DNA of 64,000 nt from an uncultured Nitrospiraceae bacterium (GTDB lineage: Bacteria > Nitrospirota > Thermodesulfovibrionia > Thermodesulfovibrionales > SM23-35): assembly GCA_963727775.1 (NCBI GenBank), contig CAVSHB010000003.1, forward strand, positions 192,001-256,000. Direction: 5' to 3'. Both the position numbers and the translations under genes were made by a program. Under the pieces are notes generated by a model, which ran no database searches, was not told the DNA's origin, and saw only the letters and a program-made list of their open reading frames with translations. Below are positions 10,078 through 20,777 of the stretch, piece by piece. Position 1 is the stretch's first letter; each line of letters starts with the position of its first letter.

Positions 10078-11355
10078 CTAAGCAGCAATTGTTACCGTAT
10101 CCTGAAATCTCCGTTTGTCTCTTAAGAGTGCAAAGATTAGCTTGATCAGCTTTATTGCTACTGCGCACAGGATCTCTTTCTTCCTCGGCAGTTGACCAAA
10201 CCGGTTCTTTGTCTGCAATTTTCGTTGATAATATTCTTGAAAATAGTTGGTGAGGACTACCACCCTCATGCTCATAAAGAAAAGACACTTCCTTAAGAGC
10301 CAGCGTCCCTTTTTGGATATGAACTTGCGGCTTATCCTATAACCGGAATCGCTCTCCTGTGGATCATATCCTGCATATTTGACGATCTGACGGGCGTTTT
10401 GAAAATACGCCAGGTCTCCTAACTCTCCTAAGAAGATAGCGGCTGAAAGGGGGCCTATACCTGGGATGCTCAATAAATACTCCGAATAGGGGATCTCCTT
10501 TAGTGTGCTTTTCATCTGTCGGTCAATATCCTTGAGCATCAGTACGGTCCGTTTCACTTCTTCCAGACATATCTTTACCCTGTAGCGATCCGTACTGCCG
10601 ATTCGTTTTACTCCAATGCTCTTTATTGCTGCCTGCTGGAGAGCTTTTGCTTTTTCGGCTGCTCCCGCCTTCTTCCTTGAGCTGTGGGCGATCAGTTCCT
10701 TGATAACTGCGTGTTTCATCGATACCACATCCTCGGGAAACGGACACAAATCAAGGATTGCCCATAAACTCCGGGAATTCATTGACCAAAATATCTCATG
10801 CAGCTCAGGGAAATAGTCATCCAGTGCAGCATGAAGCGCATTTTTCGCTCCCACGCTATATCTCAAGAGTCTCTCCCTTACTTTCGACAATGTCCTTAGC
10901 TGTCTTACCACCCCGTCTTCAATTACGGTATCGATATATTTACCCTCTCTGGTGATATTCGCTATGGTCAATGCATCTCTTTTATCGCTCTTTGCAGAGG
11001 AACTCTCGTCAAGTTCCCGATGATGCTTCAGGGCCGTAGTCCGTACAAACCGAACTTCATAACCCTTCTCTTTTCCAAAGTAGGCAAGCTTCCTCCAGTA
11101 GTGCCCTGTCGGTTCCATCCCAATGAGCACGCTGTTCATGCCATACTTTGCTTTAAAACCCTCTGTCATCTTTACAAACTGCTCAAATCCTTCACGGTTG
11201 TTGTACAGTTTGGCGCAACTCCCCAACACGTTGCCCTCTTTGTTCATGAACCCCACCGCATTCCATGCATTCCCTACGTCCACTCCTATGACCAGGGTCT
11301 CCCTACTAATCCTTTCACGCTTTGCTACCTGCTTGTTATAATCTTTCTCAGACAT
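10078..11355 (-). CDS. IS110-family DEDD recombinase/transposase
   Basis: IGVDVG, GMEPTGHY, KSDKRDA, SIPGIG and SDSG motifs. Confidence 0.95.
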   Translation of the reverse strand: MSEKDYNKQVAKRERISRETLVIGVDVGNAWNAVGFMNKEGNVLGSCAKLYNNREGFEQFVKMTEGFKAKYGMNSVLIGMEPTGHYWRKLAYFGKEKGYEVRFVRTTALKHHRELDESSSAKSDKRDALTIANITREGKYIDTVIEDGVVRQLRTLSKVRERLLRYSVGAKNALHAALDDYFPELHEIFWSMNSRSLWAILDLCPFPEDVVSMKHAVIKELIAHSSRKKAGAAEKAKALQQAAIKSIGVKRIGSTDRYRVKICLEEVKRTVLMLKDIDRQMKSTLKEIPYSEYLLSIPGIGPLSAAIFLGELGDLAYFQNARQIVKYAGYDPQESDSGYRISRKFISKKGRWLLRKCLFFMSMRVVVLTNYFQEYYQRKLQTKNRFGQLPRKKEILCAVAIKLIKLIFALLRDKRRFQDTVTIAA

Positions 11356-11544
11356 GGTGATCTCTCCTTTCTGTTATGTTGTTTGGATATTCAACTTTAA
11401 CAGTTCGAGATTGCCATGTCTTTCCCTCTTCCTTATAGTAAGCTGTATTAAACACCATCAGAGTCTGCTATAATTCCGTTTAGTACAAAGGGTATTAGAA
11501 AAACTATCTAATCCCTGGTTAAGCAAAAAAGATAAAGTGCACAC

Positions 11545-12087
11545 ATGAAACAATTGAAAATCAGCAAAGCCTTCATGTTGATGGAATCGGGGCCGGTTGT
11601 CCTTATTACAACGAATGACGGAAAGAAGGACAACATCATGACGATTTCATGGACAATGGTTTTGGATTTCACACCAGTCTTTGCCATAACCACTGGAGAA
11701 TGGAATTATTCTTTTACGGCTCTTCGGAAAACAAAGGAGTGCGTTATTTCAATCCCCACGGTTGACATGCTTGATAAAGTCGTTGGAATAGGAACATGCT
11801 CCGGTGCCGATACAGACAAATTTACCAAATTCAAGCTCACTCCCGTAAAAGGTAGAATAGTAAAAGCGCCATTGATAAAAGAATGCCTCGCTAATATTGA
11901 GTGTAAAGTCGCCGACATCGTCAAAAAACACAACGTTGTCGTTCTCGAAGGCGTTGCGGCATACTTTGACACCTCGCGCAAAGAGAAACGAACTGTTCAC
12001 GCTGTCGGTGACGGTACATTTATCATGGATGGGCGCAAACTATCCCGAAAAAAAATGATGGCATCCAAAATTCCAAATGGGATCTAA
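11545..12087 (+). CDS. Flavin reductase-like FMN-binding protein
   Basis: GPVVLITT, NIMTISW, GTCSG and APLIKECLANIEC motifs. Confidence 0.85.
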   Translation: MKQLKISKAFMLMESGPVVLITTNDGKKDNIMTISWTMVLDFTPVFAITTGEWNYSFTALRKTKECVISIPTVDMLDKVVGIGTCSGADTDKFTKFKLTPVKGRIVKAPLIKECLANIECKVADIVKKHNVVVLEGVAAYFDTSRKEKRTVHAVGDGTFIMDGRKLSRKKMMASKIPNGI

Positions 12088-12169
12088 CCCAGACAGGCCA
12101 GAAAAACAATAATGTCTTCCTCCTACCTCACATATCAGCCGTGATATAATTGTGAGTATACAACCAGAA

Positions 12170-12529
12170 ATGAACAAAACCGACTGGGACAATAAAGACA
12201 TCTACGACGGAGGACGCATGCACTGGTATCACTACATTGCCTACTTCTTTGGTGGGGCGTTCCTTGCGAACGCGGTGCCCCACTTCGTAAGCGGAGTGTC
12301 TGGGCATTCGTTCCCCAGCCCGTTCGCGCATCCACCCGGGGAAGGGCAGTCGCCCGCGCTGGTGAACGTGCTTTGGGGCTTTGCGAACCTCATCATCGGC
12401 TACTTGCTTATCTGCAAGGTGGGAACCTTTGAGCTGCGCCGCTGGCGGCACGTCCTTGTGGCCGGGGCTGGACTCTTGATGGCCGTGATGCTCGCGCGGG
12501 CATTCGGGAAGCTCTACGGCGGGTTGTGA
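12170..12529 (+). CDS. Small hypothetical membrane protein
   Basis: Three hydrophobic segments; NAVPHFVSG...FPSPFA...NVLWG; GC-rich codon usage. Start codon uncertain. Confidence 0.65.
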   Translation: MNKTDWDNKDIYDGGRMHWYHYIAYFFGGAFLANAVPHFVSGVSGHSFPSPFAHPPGEGQSPALVNVLWGFANLIIGYLLICKVGTFELRRWRHVLVAGAGLLMAVMLARAFGKLYGGL

Positions 12530-12680
12530 TAGGTACCTCTCTCTCGACCCTCCAAATTTGGTGATCCGAAATCAATAATCCTTCCTGTACTAAACGTGCC
12601 TGAACGGGCTTCGCAGAAGGAATACTCCACATAGGAATACGCATTTCGAAAATTACTAACTCCTGTTGATTATGAAGAGA

Positions 12681-12707
12681 AGAACTAAACCGCTGCGCGG
12701 TGGTAAC
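12681..12707 (+). repeat. 27-bp exact copy of the left end of the IS91-like element (21039-21065)
   Basis: AGAACTAAACCGCTGCGCGGTGGTAAC at both positions. Confidence 0.85.
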
Positions 12708-12971
12708 CGTGTGCCATCATGAACTGGTTGATACAAGAACAATTCGTTTTCATATTGGGAGTTCTGGATACCCATTCATCCCTCCTGACAGGGAGATTTT
12801 AGAGGGAGCGGCCGACCACACCTTCTCCCTATAACTCGCGTTCGAGTCCACATCCAAAAGTTTAATCAATAGTTTGAATTAAGTGTTGATTACCAGTTAA
12901 AGGACACATAAGAAAGAGACAGGATGTCCCGGGCTATCATAATGAACTCTCCTCAAAAAGGGGCTCACCTA

Positions 12972-14153
12972 TCACGAAGCCAACATCAATCTATTTATCA
13001 TCTCTTCATATTCTGAAGTAATCTTCTCAACGGCGAAATCTTTTACCCTTTCTTTTCCCAATCTGGAAAACCTTTCTCTTAGCACCTTGTCCTTGAGTAA
13101 TTTCAATACTGCCCTTGAGAGGGCATCAATGTCATCAGTAGGAACAAGTACCCCATATTTATCATCCTGTAATATCTCACGAGGCCCTGATTTGCAATCT
13201 GTGGATACAACTGGCGTATCACACGCCATCGCCTCTAGCACAACCATTGGTAACCCCTCGTAACGGGACGAAAGAACAAAGACATCTGCCTTGGATATAA
13301 ACTTGTAAGGATTATTCTGAAATCCTAAAAAAGAAACCTTCTCTGTTATTGCCAGTTCATTAGCAAGCCTGGACAGAGATTCCTTTTCCGGCCCTTCGCC
13401 CAAGATTATTAGTCTCGCATCCATTTCTTTGATAACGTTGCTGAAAGCTTTAAGAAGTATTTCAAAACCTTTCTGGGCGACTAATCTGCCGACAGATAAG
13501 ATAACCGGAACTCCCTCCCTGAAAAAAACATGCGCTACAGGGTTATTGCATAATTCTGAGATACACTTCAGGTCTGTCGGGTTATGAATAACCTCCACAT
13601 TAGGGGGCAGGATATTAAATTCCCCAACGAGATCTGCCTTAACCCCTTCTGACACCGCGATGATTTTGTCTGAAAATCTATAAAATATCTTGACCAGAAG
13701 GGTTGTAGAAAACCATAGCATTCGTCTTCCCGCCTTTGTCTTTGCTGCCTCACTAAGAGTTATGTGCTCGCCGATGATGATTTTTTTCCTGAAGAGTAGT
13801 CCTGCGGAAATAGCCATGATATTACTGTGGGTTAACATGCTCACGATGACATGAGGTTTTTCTCTGAATACTGCCCGAAGAAAACCTGCATACTGTCTCA
13901 GCTTATCAATAGAACTGTCTGATTTCCTTTGAACAACGATCAATTTCAGCCCTCTAGGGATAAAATCTCTGTAAGGTGAATTCTCATATGGGTATAACAG
14001 GACGAGAACAGGTTTGATTCTCTCTCTATTGATATGACTGATAATCTCTACCATGACCCTCTCAGCGCCGCCACCTTCCAGAGAGGGTATAAAAAACAAG
14101 GCTTTCACTTTTTGACCATGAAGGTCTTTTGCGATAGAAGATGAGAATTTCAT
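12972..14153 (-). CDS. GT4 glycosyltransferase (PglJ/WabH-like)
   Basis: GGGAER, VGRLVAQKG and SSRYEGLPMVVLEAM motifs. Confidence 0.9.
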   Translation of the reverse strand: MKFSSSIAKDLHGQKVKALFFIPSLEGGGAERVMVEIISHINRERIKPVLVLLYPYENSPYRDFIPRGLKLIVVQRKSDSSIDKLRQYAGFLRAVFREKPHVIVSMLTHSNIMAISAGLLFRKKIIIGEHITLSEAAKTKAGRRMLWFSTTLLVKIFYRFSDKIIAVSEGVKADLVGEFNILPPNVEVIHNPTDLKCISELCNNPVAHVFFREGVPVILSVGRLVAQKGFEILLKAFSNVIKEMDARLIILGEGPEKESLSRLANELAITEKVSFLGFQNNPYKFISKADVFVLSSRYEGLPMVVLEAMACDTPVVSTDCKSGPREILQDDKYGVLVPTDDIDALSRAVLKLLKDKVLRERFSRLGKERVKDFAVEKITSEYEEMINRLMLAS

Positions 14154-14166
14154 AGTCTAAGTTTTG

Positions 14167-15285
14167 TCATCGTGCTAAAATAATGCTTTCCCATTGTTCC
14201 ATCGATGTTTCAAGATCAAAGCCCTGCGCCCTCTTGAGAGAAAGGTTTGAGAGGGTGTCTCTGAGTTTGCTATCCGATAAAACTTTTATCAGCGCATCTG
14301 CAATGGCATTAGGGTCTTCTGGCGGGACAAGGAGACCGTATTCACCGTTGTCAACAATCTCTGCAGGGCCCGAAGGGCAATCGGTAACAACCACCGGAGC
14401 CCCTGTTATCATAGCCTCCGGGATAACATTGCCGAAGCCTTCATATCTCGAAGCCAGACAAAAGACTGTTGCCATTTTCATGTATTTATAGGGATTGAGC
14501 TGCGCCCCTAAAAAAATCACGTCTTCTTCAAGTTTCAATGATCTACTGAGATTCATCAGTTCCCCTCTCTTATCTCCGTCACCGATGATCACGAGCTTGC
14601 TCGGCACTGAAGACCTGACTATTCTGAACGCCCTCAGGAGGATGTCCAATCCCTTTTGATGGACAAGCCTGCTCGCAGTGACGATAACAGGGCCATCGAT
14701 GGAGATGCCCGGGTCATCTTTGGACATCTCGGATATCATTGCATGGTTCAAGGGGTTATAAACGACCTCGACCTTTTTATCCTTGAGTCCAAAATTCTCC
14801 AAGAGGTCTTCCTTCTCTCCATTGGATACGACGATCATAGACTCGGCGTCCTGGTAGGCCATTTTTGTAAGCAAGGTCCACAGGGCCTTGAACCTCTCTG
14901 TCCTGAAATTGTCTTCGATATAGGCGGTCATATTTACCGTGTCATGCACGATATGCATAAAGTTGCATAAACTGAGCTTTCTTGCAATATAGCTGATTAT
15001 CGCGGGATACCACATGCAACTGACCACTACATCGGCCTTTAAGTGCTGCAAAGCCTTTTTGTATTTAGGGATGATAGAGGTGATCCTGGTATCGCGTGTC
15101 TCATTCAGGCTAAGCCTCTCGATATTATTTGGAAGCTCATCAAGAAAAAAGCCTCTCTCCTGAAGCAGTAAGAGCTTTGGATTGATCCTGCCCCTTTGCT
15201 TTAAGAAGGGCAAAAAGTTTCTTGCCATCTTGGCCTCTGTGCCGCCAAGGGTTAGGGAGCCGATGAAGAAAACGACATTTTTCAT
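14167..15285 (-). CDS. GT4 glycosyltransferase (PglJ/WabH-like)
   Basis: LGGTE, SRLVHQKG and SRYEGFGNVIPEAM motifs. Confidence 0.9.
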   Translation of the reverse strand: MKNVVFFIGSLTLGGTEAKMARNFLPFLKQRGRINPKLLLLQERGFFLDELPNNIERLSLNETRDTRITSIIPKYKKALQHLKADVVVSCMWYPAIISYIARKLSLCNFMHIVHDTVNMTAYIEDNFRTERFKALWTLLTKMAYQDAESMIVVSNGEKEDLLENFGLKDKKVEVVYNPLNHAMISEMSKDDPGISIDGPVIVTASRLVHQKGLDILLRAFRIVRSSVPSKLVIIGDGDKRGELMNLSRSLKLEEDVIFLGAQLNPYKYMKMATVFCLASRYEGFGNVIPEAMITGAPVVVTDCPSGPAEIVDNGEYGLLVPPEDPNAIADALIKVLSDSKLRDTLSNLSLKRAQGFDLETSMEQWESIILAR

Positions 15286-15396
15286 TATTACTCACCTTTT
15301 GAAGACTAAGTCTTGTTCGAGGAGAAATTTTCTGTCTAGTAATGATAACATTTCAATAGACATCTTTTTTTTAATTCTGGGAGAACAGACTTTAGA

Positions 15397-16674
15397 ATGA
15401 ATAATTCCACCTTATTGTTGACCTCGGCTTGGTACGGCGACAGTCCTCTAACACTGACGTTTCCATCTTCTTGGGATGTGGTGTCCATAGGGCTTAAGAA
15501 CGTCGGTACACTGAAGGAAGAAGAAATAGAAGAAGACATCAAGAATCCTTATGGATGCAACCCGTTGTGTAAGACAGTCAAAGGCAAAGAAAGGATCGTT
15601 ATTATCATAGACGATCTACAGAGACCGACCCCTCTTCACATGGTCGTCCCTCTTGTCATCAAAGAGTTAAGAAGTGGGGGTATCGGTCTTGAGAAGATAT
15701 CTCTGGTCATGGCTACGGCGTGCCACCGCCCGGCTAAAACCGAGGATTTCGCCAAGAAAGTCGGGCAAGATATTACGGAAATGGTACGTACCATTTCCCA
15801 CAACTGTAAGGACGACCTCGTTAATCTGGGCAGCTCATCACAGGGCACCCCCATTCATGTCAATCGTTGGGTAGCAGAAGCCGACTTCAGGATCGCCATA
15901 GGCGGCGTCTATCCTCACGAACGAGCCGTGTTCGGCGGAGGTTCCAAGCTTGTACACCCGGGAGTATGCGGCATTGAAACAGCGCGGCACCTTCACAAAC
16001 TTCCGAACGAAAAGTACAACGATTCCACCGGCAATTCCTTTAGAAAGGATATTGAAGAGGTTGCAGAGAAGGTTGGTCTCGATTTTTCGATAAATGTGCT
16101 CTTGAACGAAACGAGGGGCATCGGCCGTATCTTTTCCGGAGACAAACGCGCGGCGCACCTGGAGGCGATTAAGACGGCTGAGGTCCTGTATGCGGAGGAG
16201 CCGGTCTCTGACACAGACATTGTGATCACCAACACGTATCCTTTCGACACCTCTCTTCATTTTATATCAAAAGGCACATGGCCCCTAAACTATGTGCGTG
16301 AAGGAGGTTCGAAAGTTGTCATCGCTTCATGCCCTGAAGGCCTCGGCTTTCACGGACTTTCGCTGATATCGCAGCCGGGCCTCCCGGGTTTTATTCGCAG
16401 GATGAGGGCTTTATCTCGATCGGATATACGTGCTAAAATACACTCGGCATTCGGGAAAAATGACGGGATTCTTTTCCTCTCTCCAAATCTCACAAGAAAC
16501 GATGCGAGGAAGATATATCCAAAGGCACGCGTGTTTCGGGATTGGGAATCACTTTTGAAGAAATTGTGCGATAGACACAAGAGGCAAAGAGTCAGGGTTG
16601 CCGTATATAAATGTGCCCCACTCTTGTTTACGAGCCCTCTTTGCAGGATGCCCCGTGTCTTGACACGGGGATGA
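15397..16674 (+). CDS. Lactate racemase (LarA/DUF2088) family protein
   Basis: DDLQRPTP, ACHR, SHNC and PHERAVFGGGSKLVHPG...HLH match LarA N-terminal domain motifs. Confidence 0.8.
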   Translation: MNNSTLLLTSAWYGDSPLTLTFPSSWDVVSIGLKNVGTLKEEEIEEDIKNPYGCNPLCKTVKGKERIVIIIDDLQRPTPLHMVVPLVIKELRSGGIGLEKISLVMATACHRPAKTEDFAKKVGQDITEMVRTISHNCKDDLVNLGSSSQGTPIHVNRWVAEADFRIAIGGVYPHERAVFGGGSKLVHPGVCGIETARHLHKLPNEKYNDSTGNSFRKDIEEVAEKVGLDFSINVLLNETRGIGRIFSGDKRAAHLEAIKTAEVLYAEEPVSDTDIVITNTYPFDTSLHFISKGTWPLNYVREGGSKVVIASCPEGLGFHGLSLISQPGLPGFIRRMRALSRSDIRAKIHSAFGKNDGILFLSPNLTRNDARKIYPKARVFRDWESLLKKLCDRHKRQRVRVAVYKCAPLLFTSPLCRMPRVLTRG

Positions 16675-16851
16675 ATGCATGCCTTGCGCAGAGGGTTATT
16701 AGGGAAACGCGAAGGCTCCCTAATCCTCTAAGGCCATTGGCTTGTCATGGTCTGCACAGCGTCTTCATGCTGTGCTATAGATGCCCCGCTGCTTGCCGCG
16801 TGGGAGTTTCACTAAGCAATCCGAGCCACGCTTATACCTGAGGCCTTTTCA

Positions 16852-17986
16852 ATGAGCAGCCGATCCCTTGTCAGCATCCTTACTCCCGTATATAATCACA
16901 CCTATATCGAACATACGATACAGAGCGTCCTGAATCAGACCTATGAAGACTGGGAATGGATAATCCTGGATGACGGTTCCGATGACGGGAGCGCGGAAAT
17001 AATCCATAGCTTTAAAGACAGCAGGATTCACTACTCTTACCAAGACCATGTTGGCTTCCCTCATCTGTCCAGCACCTTTAATAAGGCCCTAACCTTGTGC
17101 ACGGCTGACCTGGTGGCCATGCTTGACAGCGATGACTATTGGCCTGCGTATAAGCTTGCCGTCCAGATCCCAACGCTGGACGATCCAGATGTGGTCCTCA
17201 GTTACGGAGAATCCACCCTTGTCAATCCTCAGGGCAAGAAAATAGGCACGATGGGGATTCCCGAGGACCCGAGCATCGCATTAAACGACCCCGTCGGCTC
17301 TGCCCTCAAGATCCTGCTCCTACCATACTGTTTTCTTGCCACTAGCACCATCGCACCATTTTCTCCACATGGGCAGTTTCGTGGAGGCTGAAGGGCTCTT
17401 TCAGGCATATCCCACCTGGACGCGGCTCTCAGTGGAAGGTCGGTTTGCTGCCCTGCCTATCTGCATGGGCTTTTGGCGACGGCACCCCCGCTCAATACTG
17501 CTGAATTTCGATCCGGTTCAGAGATTTATGTCTGCCACCCGTTTTATGAGGACCTTTGTGGCAGAACACGAGGATCGACTCAAGGCTTTAGGAATGCCCC
17601 ATCGCATCGAGGAACTCGAAGACCTATAGGAAGACTACGGCAAAAAGAGTCACCTCGACAATTATTACATCGCCTATAACAAATCACTGATGTTGGCACG
17701 CATGTCATGTTTTCAGGAGTCACAGAGCGAGATGCACCAGTTCTGCCGGGAACATCCGTCGGTCAAAAATCGCCTTATATGTGCCCTTGTGATACTTTCA
17801 CGCCTCATCGGGACCCGACTTGGTCAATCCCCTGGCAGATTCTTTAGCCAAGATCAGGACATTCTTCTCCAAGTAGAGGAACTGACGCTACGTCTGAGGT
17901 ACTACTTAGTGGCTGAAAGAGAGATTTTGATTTCAGACGTGGCGGGGCTTCCTCCCGATAACAGCCTCATCGCACCGTTCACCTGA
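16852..17986 (+). pseudogene. GT2 glycosyltransferase, fragmented
   Basis: VSILTPVYN, DDGSDD and LDSDD in the first ORF; the sequence continues in other frames (17336-17629, 17690-17986). Confidence 0.75.
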
Positions 17987-18254
17987 AAGTCCATATTGAT
18001 CGCTTGACACATTAGGTGAGAATTTCCAAGAGAAACTAAAGCTAAAGTATTATATAGGAGCCTGGCCCTCTTGTACGAACTGCAATAAACAAGCCTGATC
18101 CCATTGCCACGCTCCTGTCATCCCTCCTGCGGTGGTCAAATTGTTCATAATATGCCTGCTTCTGATAGCCTTTTCCCATGAAAGACCTGTCACTGTTGAC
18201 TACAAAGGGGAGGCCCATTGTCGTTAGTCCGTTAAGCCCTTGTAGGAAAATGAG

Positions 18255-18298
18255 TTGCCGTTTGCCGGTTCTCTTAACGTGAAGCCGGCAAACGGCAA
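18255..18298 (-). terminator. 14-bp perfect stem downstream of the VWA-OmpA gene
   Basis: TTGCCGTTTGCCGG ... CCGGCAAACGGCAA; weak U-tail. Confidence 0.5.
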
Positions 18299-18338
18299 TA
18301 TCGCACTGCTTATGGCTCGGGGCTTCCATGAAAAAATT

Positions 18339-20777
18339 TTAATTACCCGCCATATAATCCAAGGTAATGGTTACCGTCCGGTTGAATGCCCGGTTTTCCG
18401 ATGTCGTATTATCATACAAGGGTTCACTGGAACCGACGCCCCTGTGACGGAGACGTTCGCCGGAGTCTTCCCCGTAGGCTGCGGTCAGTAACTTGTACAC
18501 CGCCAGAGCCCTGCGCTCGGACAGCTTCATATTATAGTCGTCCTTGCCGATGTTGTCGGTATGGCCGACGATGTCAACCGTCGCCTGCGGGAGCACTTTA
18601 ATTCGCTCGACGATTGTACTAACAATCGCCTGGTTTCGGGCATCGATAGCATCGCTGTCGAAGTCGAACAGGATCAGTGCGTATTTCTCCTGAACATGGA
18701 AATCCTTCTTCTGCGCCAACAGCTGGCTGGTTTGAATGAAATTGACCTTGACCGGACCGGCCGTCATTGCCAGTGTCTGCCCCTTGCTGTCATGTACTGT
18801 CATACCGATTGTAATGTCGCCGCCAGAGGCCAGTTCATTGAGATTGCCGGTGTTCAACGGTACTTTAATCTCCGCCCCGGGCGTTCCCTCGCCGGCCACT
18901 TCAGCCAGTTTCTGCTTGCCGTTGGAGACATCCACCGTCCATTGCGCAACCCCATGGGCCGCGGTGACGGCCGGATGAAGGTTTAGCGCCGAGGTGTCGA
19001 TCCTTGTCGTGAAATATGTGCTTCTTATCAGGTCGAGGATTGCAGGATCCTCAGAGTAGATCTCGACCCGGCGGTTATCCGCCCTCCCCTCTTCCAACCG
19101 ACTCGTGCTCGGCATTTTCGGCAGGTTGCGAGCTTCGATGCGGATTCGCTCGTCGGCGATCCCCCATGCTGTCTGCAGGTAGTCCCGGACAGCCTCGGCC
19201 CGCTTTGTCGAGAGCTTGAGGTTCCCCTTCTCGACACCGATGTTGTCATTGCATCCCGTCAGAGTAATTGTAGCCTGCGGGTGGTCAATCAGGCGCTTGC
19301 CGATTATGTTCAGCACCTGATAATACTTTTCGAGAGTGTCGCGGAATCGATGTTCATCAAATACCGCTCTTTCTTCCGCCGCTGCGAGGCGTTTATATTG
19401 CGCGGCCAAGTCGCTCTCGCCCTTTGGGAAATATATGTGTCCGAGCATCGGCGAGGCATCTATGGTCTTGATCTCCTCGATGGTCAGACTGGCGGGTACA
19501 ACAGCCAGGCTCCCCGTGGTTCTGAAGTGGTTGACTTTGATCGGCGGAGCGGTCAGAACAACGTTCTGCCCTTTACTGTCCAAAACCTCCATGCTGACGT
19601 TTATGTCGCCCCCCACGGCCAACCGACCAAGGTCGTCCTTTTTGAGTGGAATCACAATTTCCACCGGAGGGTTCCCTTCACCGGCCTTGTCTGCCAGTGT
19701 GCCGCCGGTATTGGCAAGTGTCAATTTCCAGCGCGCGATGCTATAGACCGTGTCCACCACCGGGTGCAGCGTCAACTCGGAAGTATCGATGCGGCTGATG
19801 ACGGAAGCGCCTTTTGCTGCAGCAGTTCCCGCTTGCGGCGGGGCACTAATGGCTTCGATCTCATCAATGTTCAAACTGGCAGGGGCAACCGCCAGTTTCC
19901 CGGTAGTCGGAAACAGGTAGCTGACCACATAGTAGTATTGCATCTTCGAAGCAACGCTCTGGAAGATAGGCACCAGGCTGGTCTCAGACTCCGCCTTCCA
20001 GATCTGTCCGTGATTCCCCTCAGCGAAGGACTTTAGAAACGAGTCTATCGTTGCACCTGGCATGAAGTCGATCGCATAGGCATCGAAACGCGCCAGTCCT
20101 TCCGTGGACCTGATCACGGCATCTCGATTGTAGACGCTGTTGATGTCTTCCCCGTCGGAGAACACCACCATAAACCTGGGCTCGTTTTCCGGCATCGCGC
20201 GGATGAGGTCGAGACCGGCCAGCATCGCCTCGTACAACACGGTCGTTGAGGTTGTGCCGTTACGGTAGACATCCGCGACGAAGCTTTTCAACTCAACGGG
20301 CTGGTTAGACTTGAATATCCGCACATGCAGGCTGCGGCCTCCCATGTTTATCTTCTCCTCCTCAGTAAAAACCACGATCTGCACATGGTCGATCGGCCGT
20401 ACAATCTTCAGCAGTTCGTCTACTCCAGCGAGCAGTGGTTTCACGGCGTAGCGCTCGATCATGGAATATGAGTTGTCCAGAACCATGACGATATTGCGCG
20501 GCACCTCCAAGGTCTGCTCAATTGGTCGCACCGAGGTAATTTTGGCGGTTTTCCCTTTGGTCGTTACAACAAAGTCGCTGCTGGTTAAGCCGAACACTGG
20601 GTTCTTCGCAGCGTCACTTACAGAGAGGAGCACCTTGCCTTCATCGATCACATGCTCCATGGTCACGATAACGCCCGGCTTGCTCACGCTGACCTGCAGC
20701 TCTGCCCCAACGGCCACAGCAGTCTGGCCGACAAACAACAAGCTCAACAACAGAATCAAAATCCATCTCGTTCGCAT
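18339..20777 (-). CDS. Exported protein with a VWA domain and two OmpA-like peptidoglycan-binding domains
   Basis: Signal peptide; MIDAS DNSYS...T...SDGED; LSTKRAEAV...NRRVE; GHTD...LSERRA...NRTV. Confidence 0.85.
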   Translation of the reverse strand: MRTRWILILLLSLLFVGQTAVAVGAELQVSVSKPGVIVTMEHVIDEGKVLLSVSDAAKNPVFGLTSSDFVVTTKGKTAKITSVRPIEQTLEVPRNIVMVLDNSYSMIERYAVKPLLAGVDELLKIVRPIDHVQIVVFTEEEKINMGGRSLHVRIFKSNQPVELKSFVADVYRNGTTSTTVLYEAMLAGLDLIRAMPENEPRFMVVFSDGEDINSVYNRDAVIRSTEGLARFDAYAIDFMPGATIDSFLKSFAEGNHGQIWKAESETSLVPIFQSVASKMQYYYVVSYLFPTTGKLAVAPASLNIDEIEAISAPPQAGTAAAKGASVISRIDTSELTLHPVVDTVYSIARWKLTLANTGGTLADKAGEGNPPVEIVIPLKKDDLGRLAVGGDINVSMEVLDSKGQNVVLTAPPIKVNHFRTTGSLAVVPASLTIEEIKTIDASPMLGHIYFPKGESDLAAQYKRLAAAEERAVFDEHRFRDTLEKYYQVLNIIGKRLIDHPQATITLTGCNDNIGVEKGNLKLSTKRAEAVRDYLQTAWGIADERIRIEARNLPKMPSTSRLEEGRADNRRVEIYSEDPAILDLIRSTYFTTRIDTSALNLHPAVTAAHGVAQWTVDVSNGKQKLAEVAGEGTPGAEIKVPLNTGNLNELASGGDITIGMTVHDSKGQTLAMTAGPVKVNFIQTSQLLAQKKDFHVQEKYALILFDFDSDAIDARNQAIVSTIVERIKVLPQATVDIVGHTDNIGKDDYNMKLSERRALAVYKLLTAAYGEDSGERLRHRGVGSSEPLYDNTTSENRAFNRTVTITLDYMAGN

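Larger units (their letters stand above)
9830..11444 (-). mobile_element. IS110-family element, IS1111-type layout (ends approximate)
   Basis: Subterminal IR TAAGGAAGA (9836-9844) / TCTTCCTTA (11427-11435); outward TTGACT near the right end; about 240-nt non-coding region downstream of the transposase. Confidence 0.75.
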
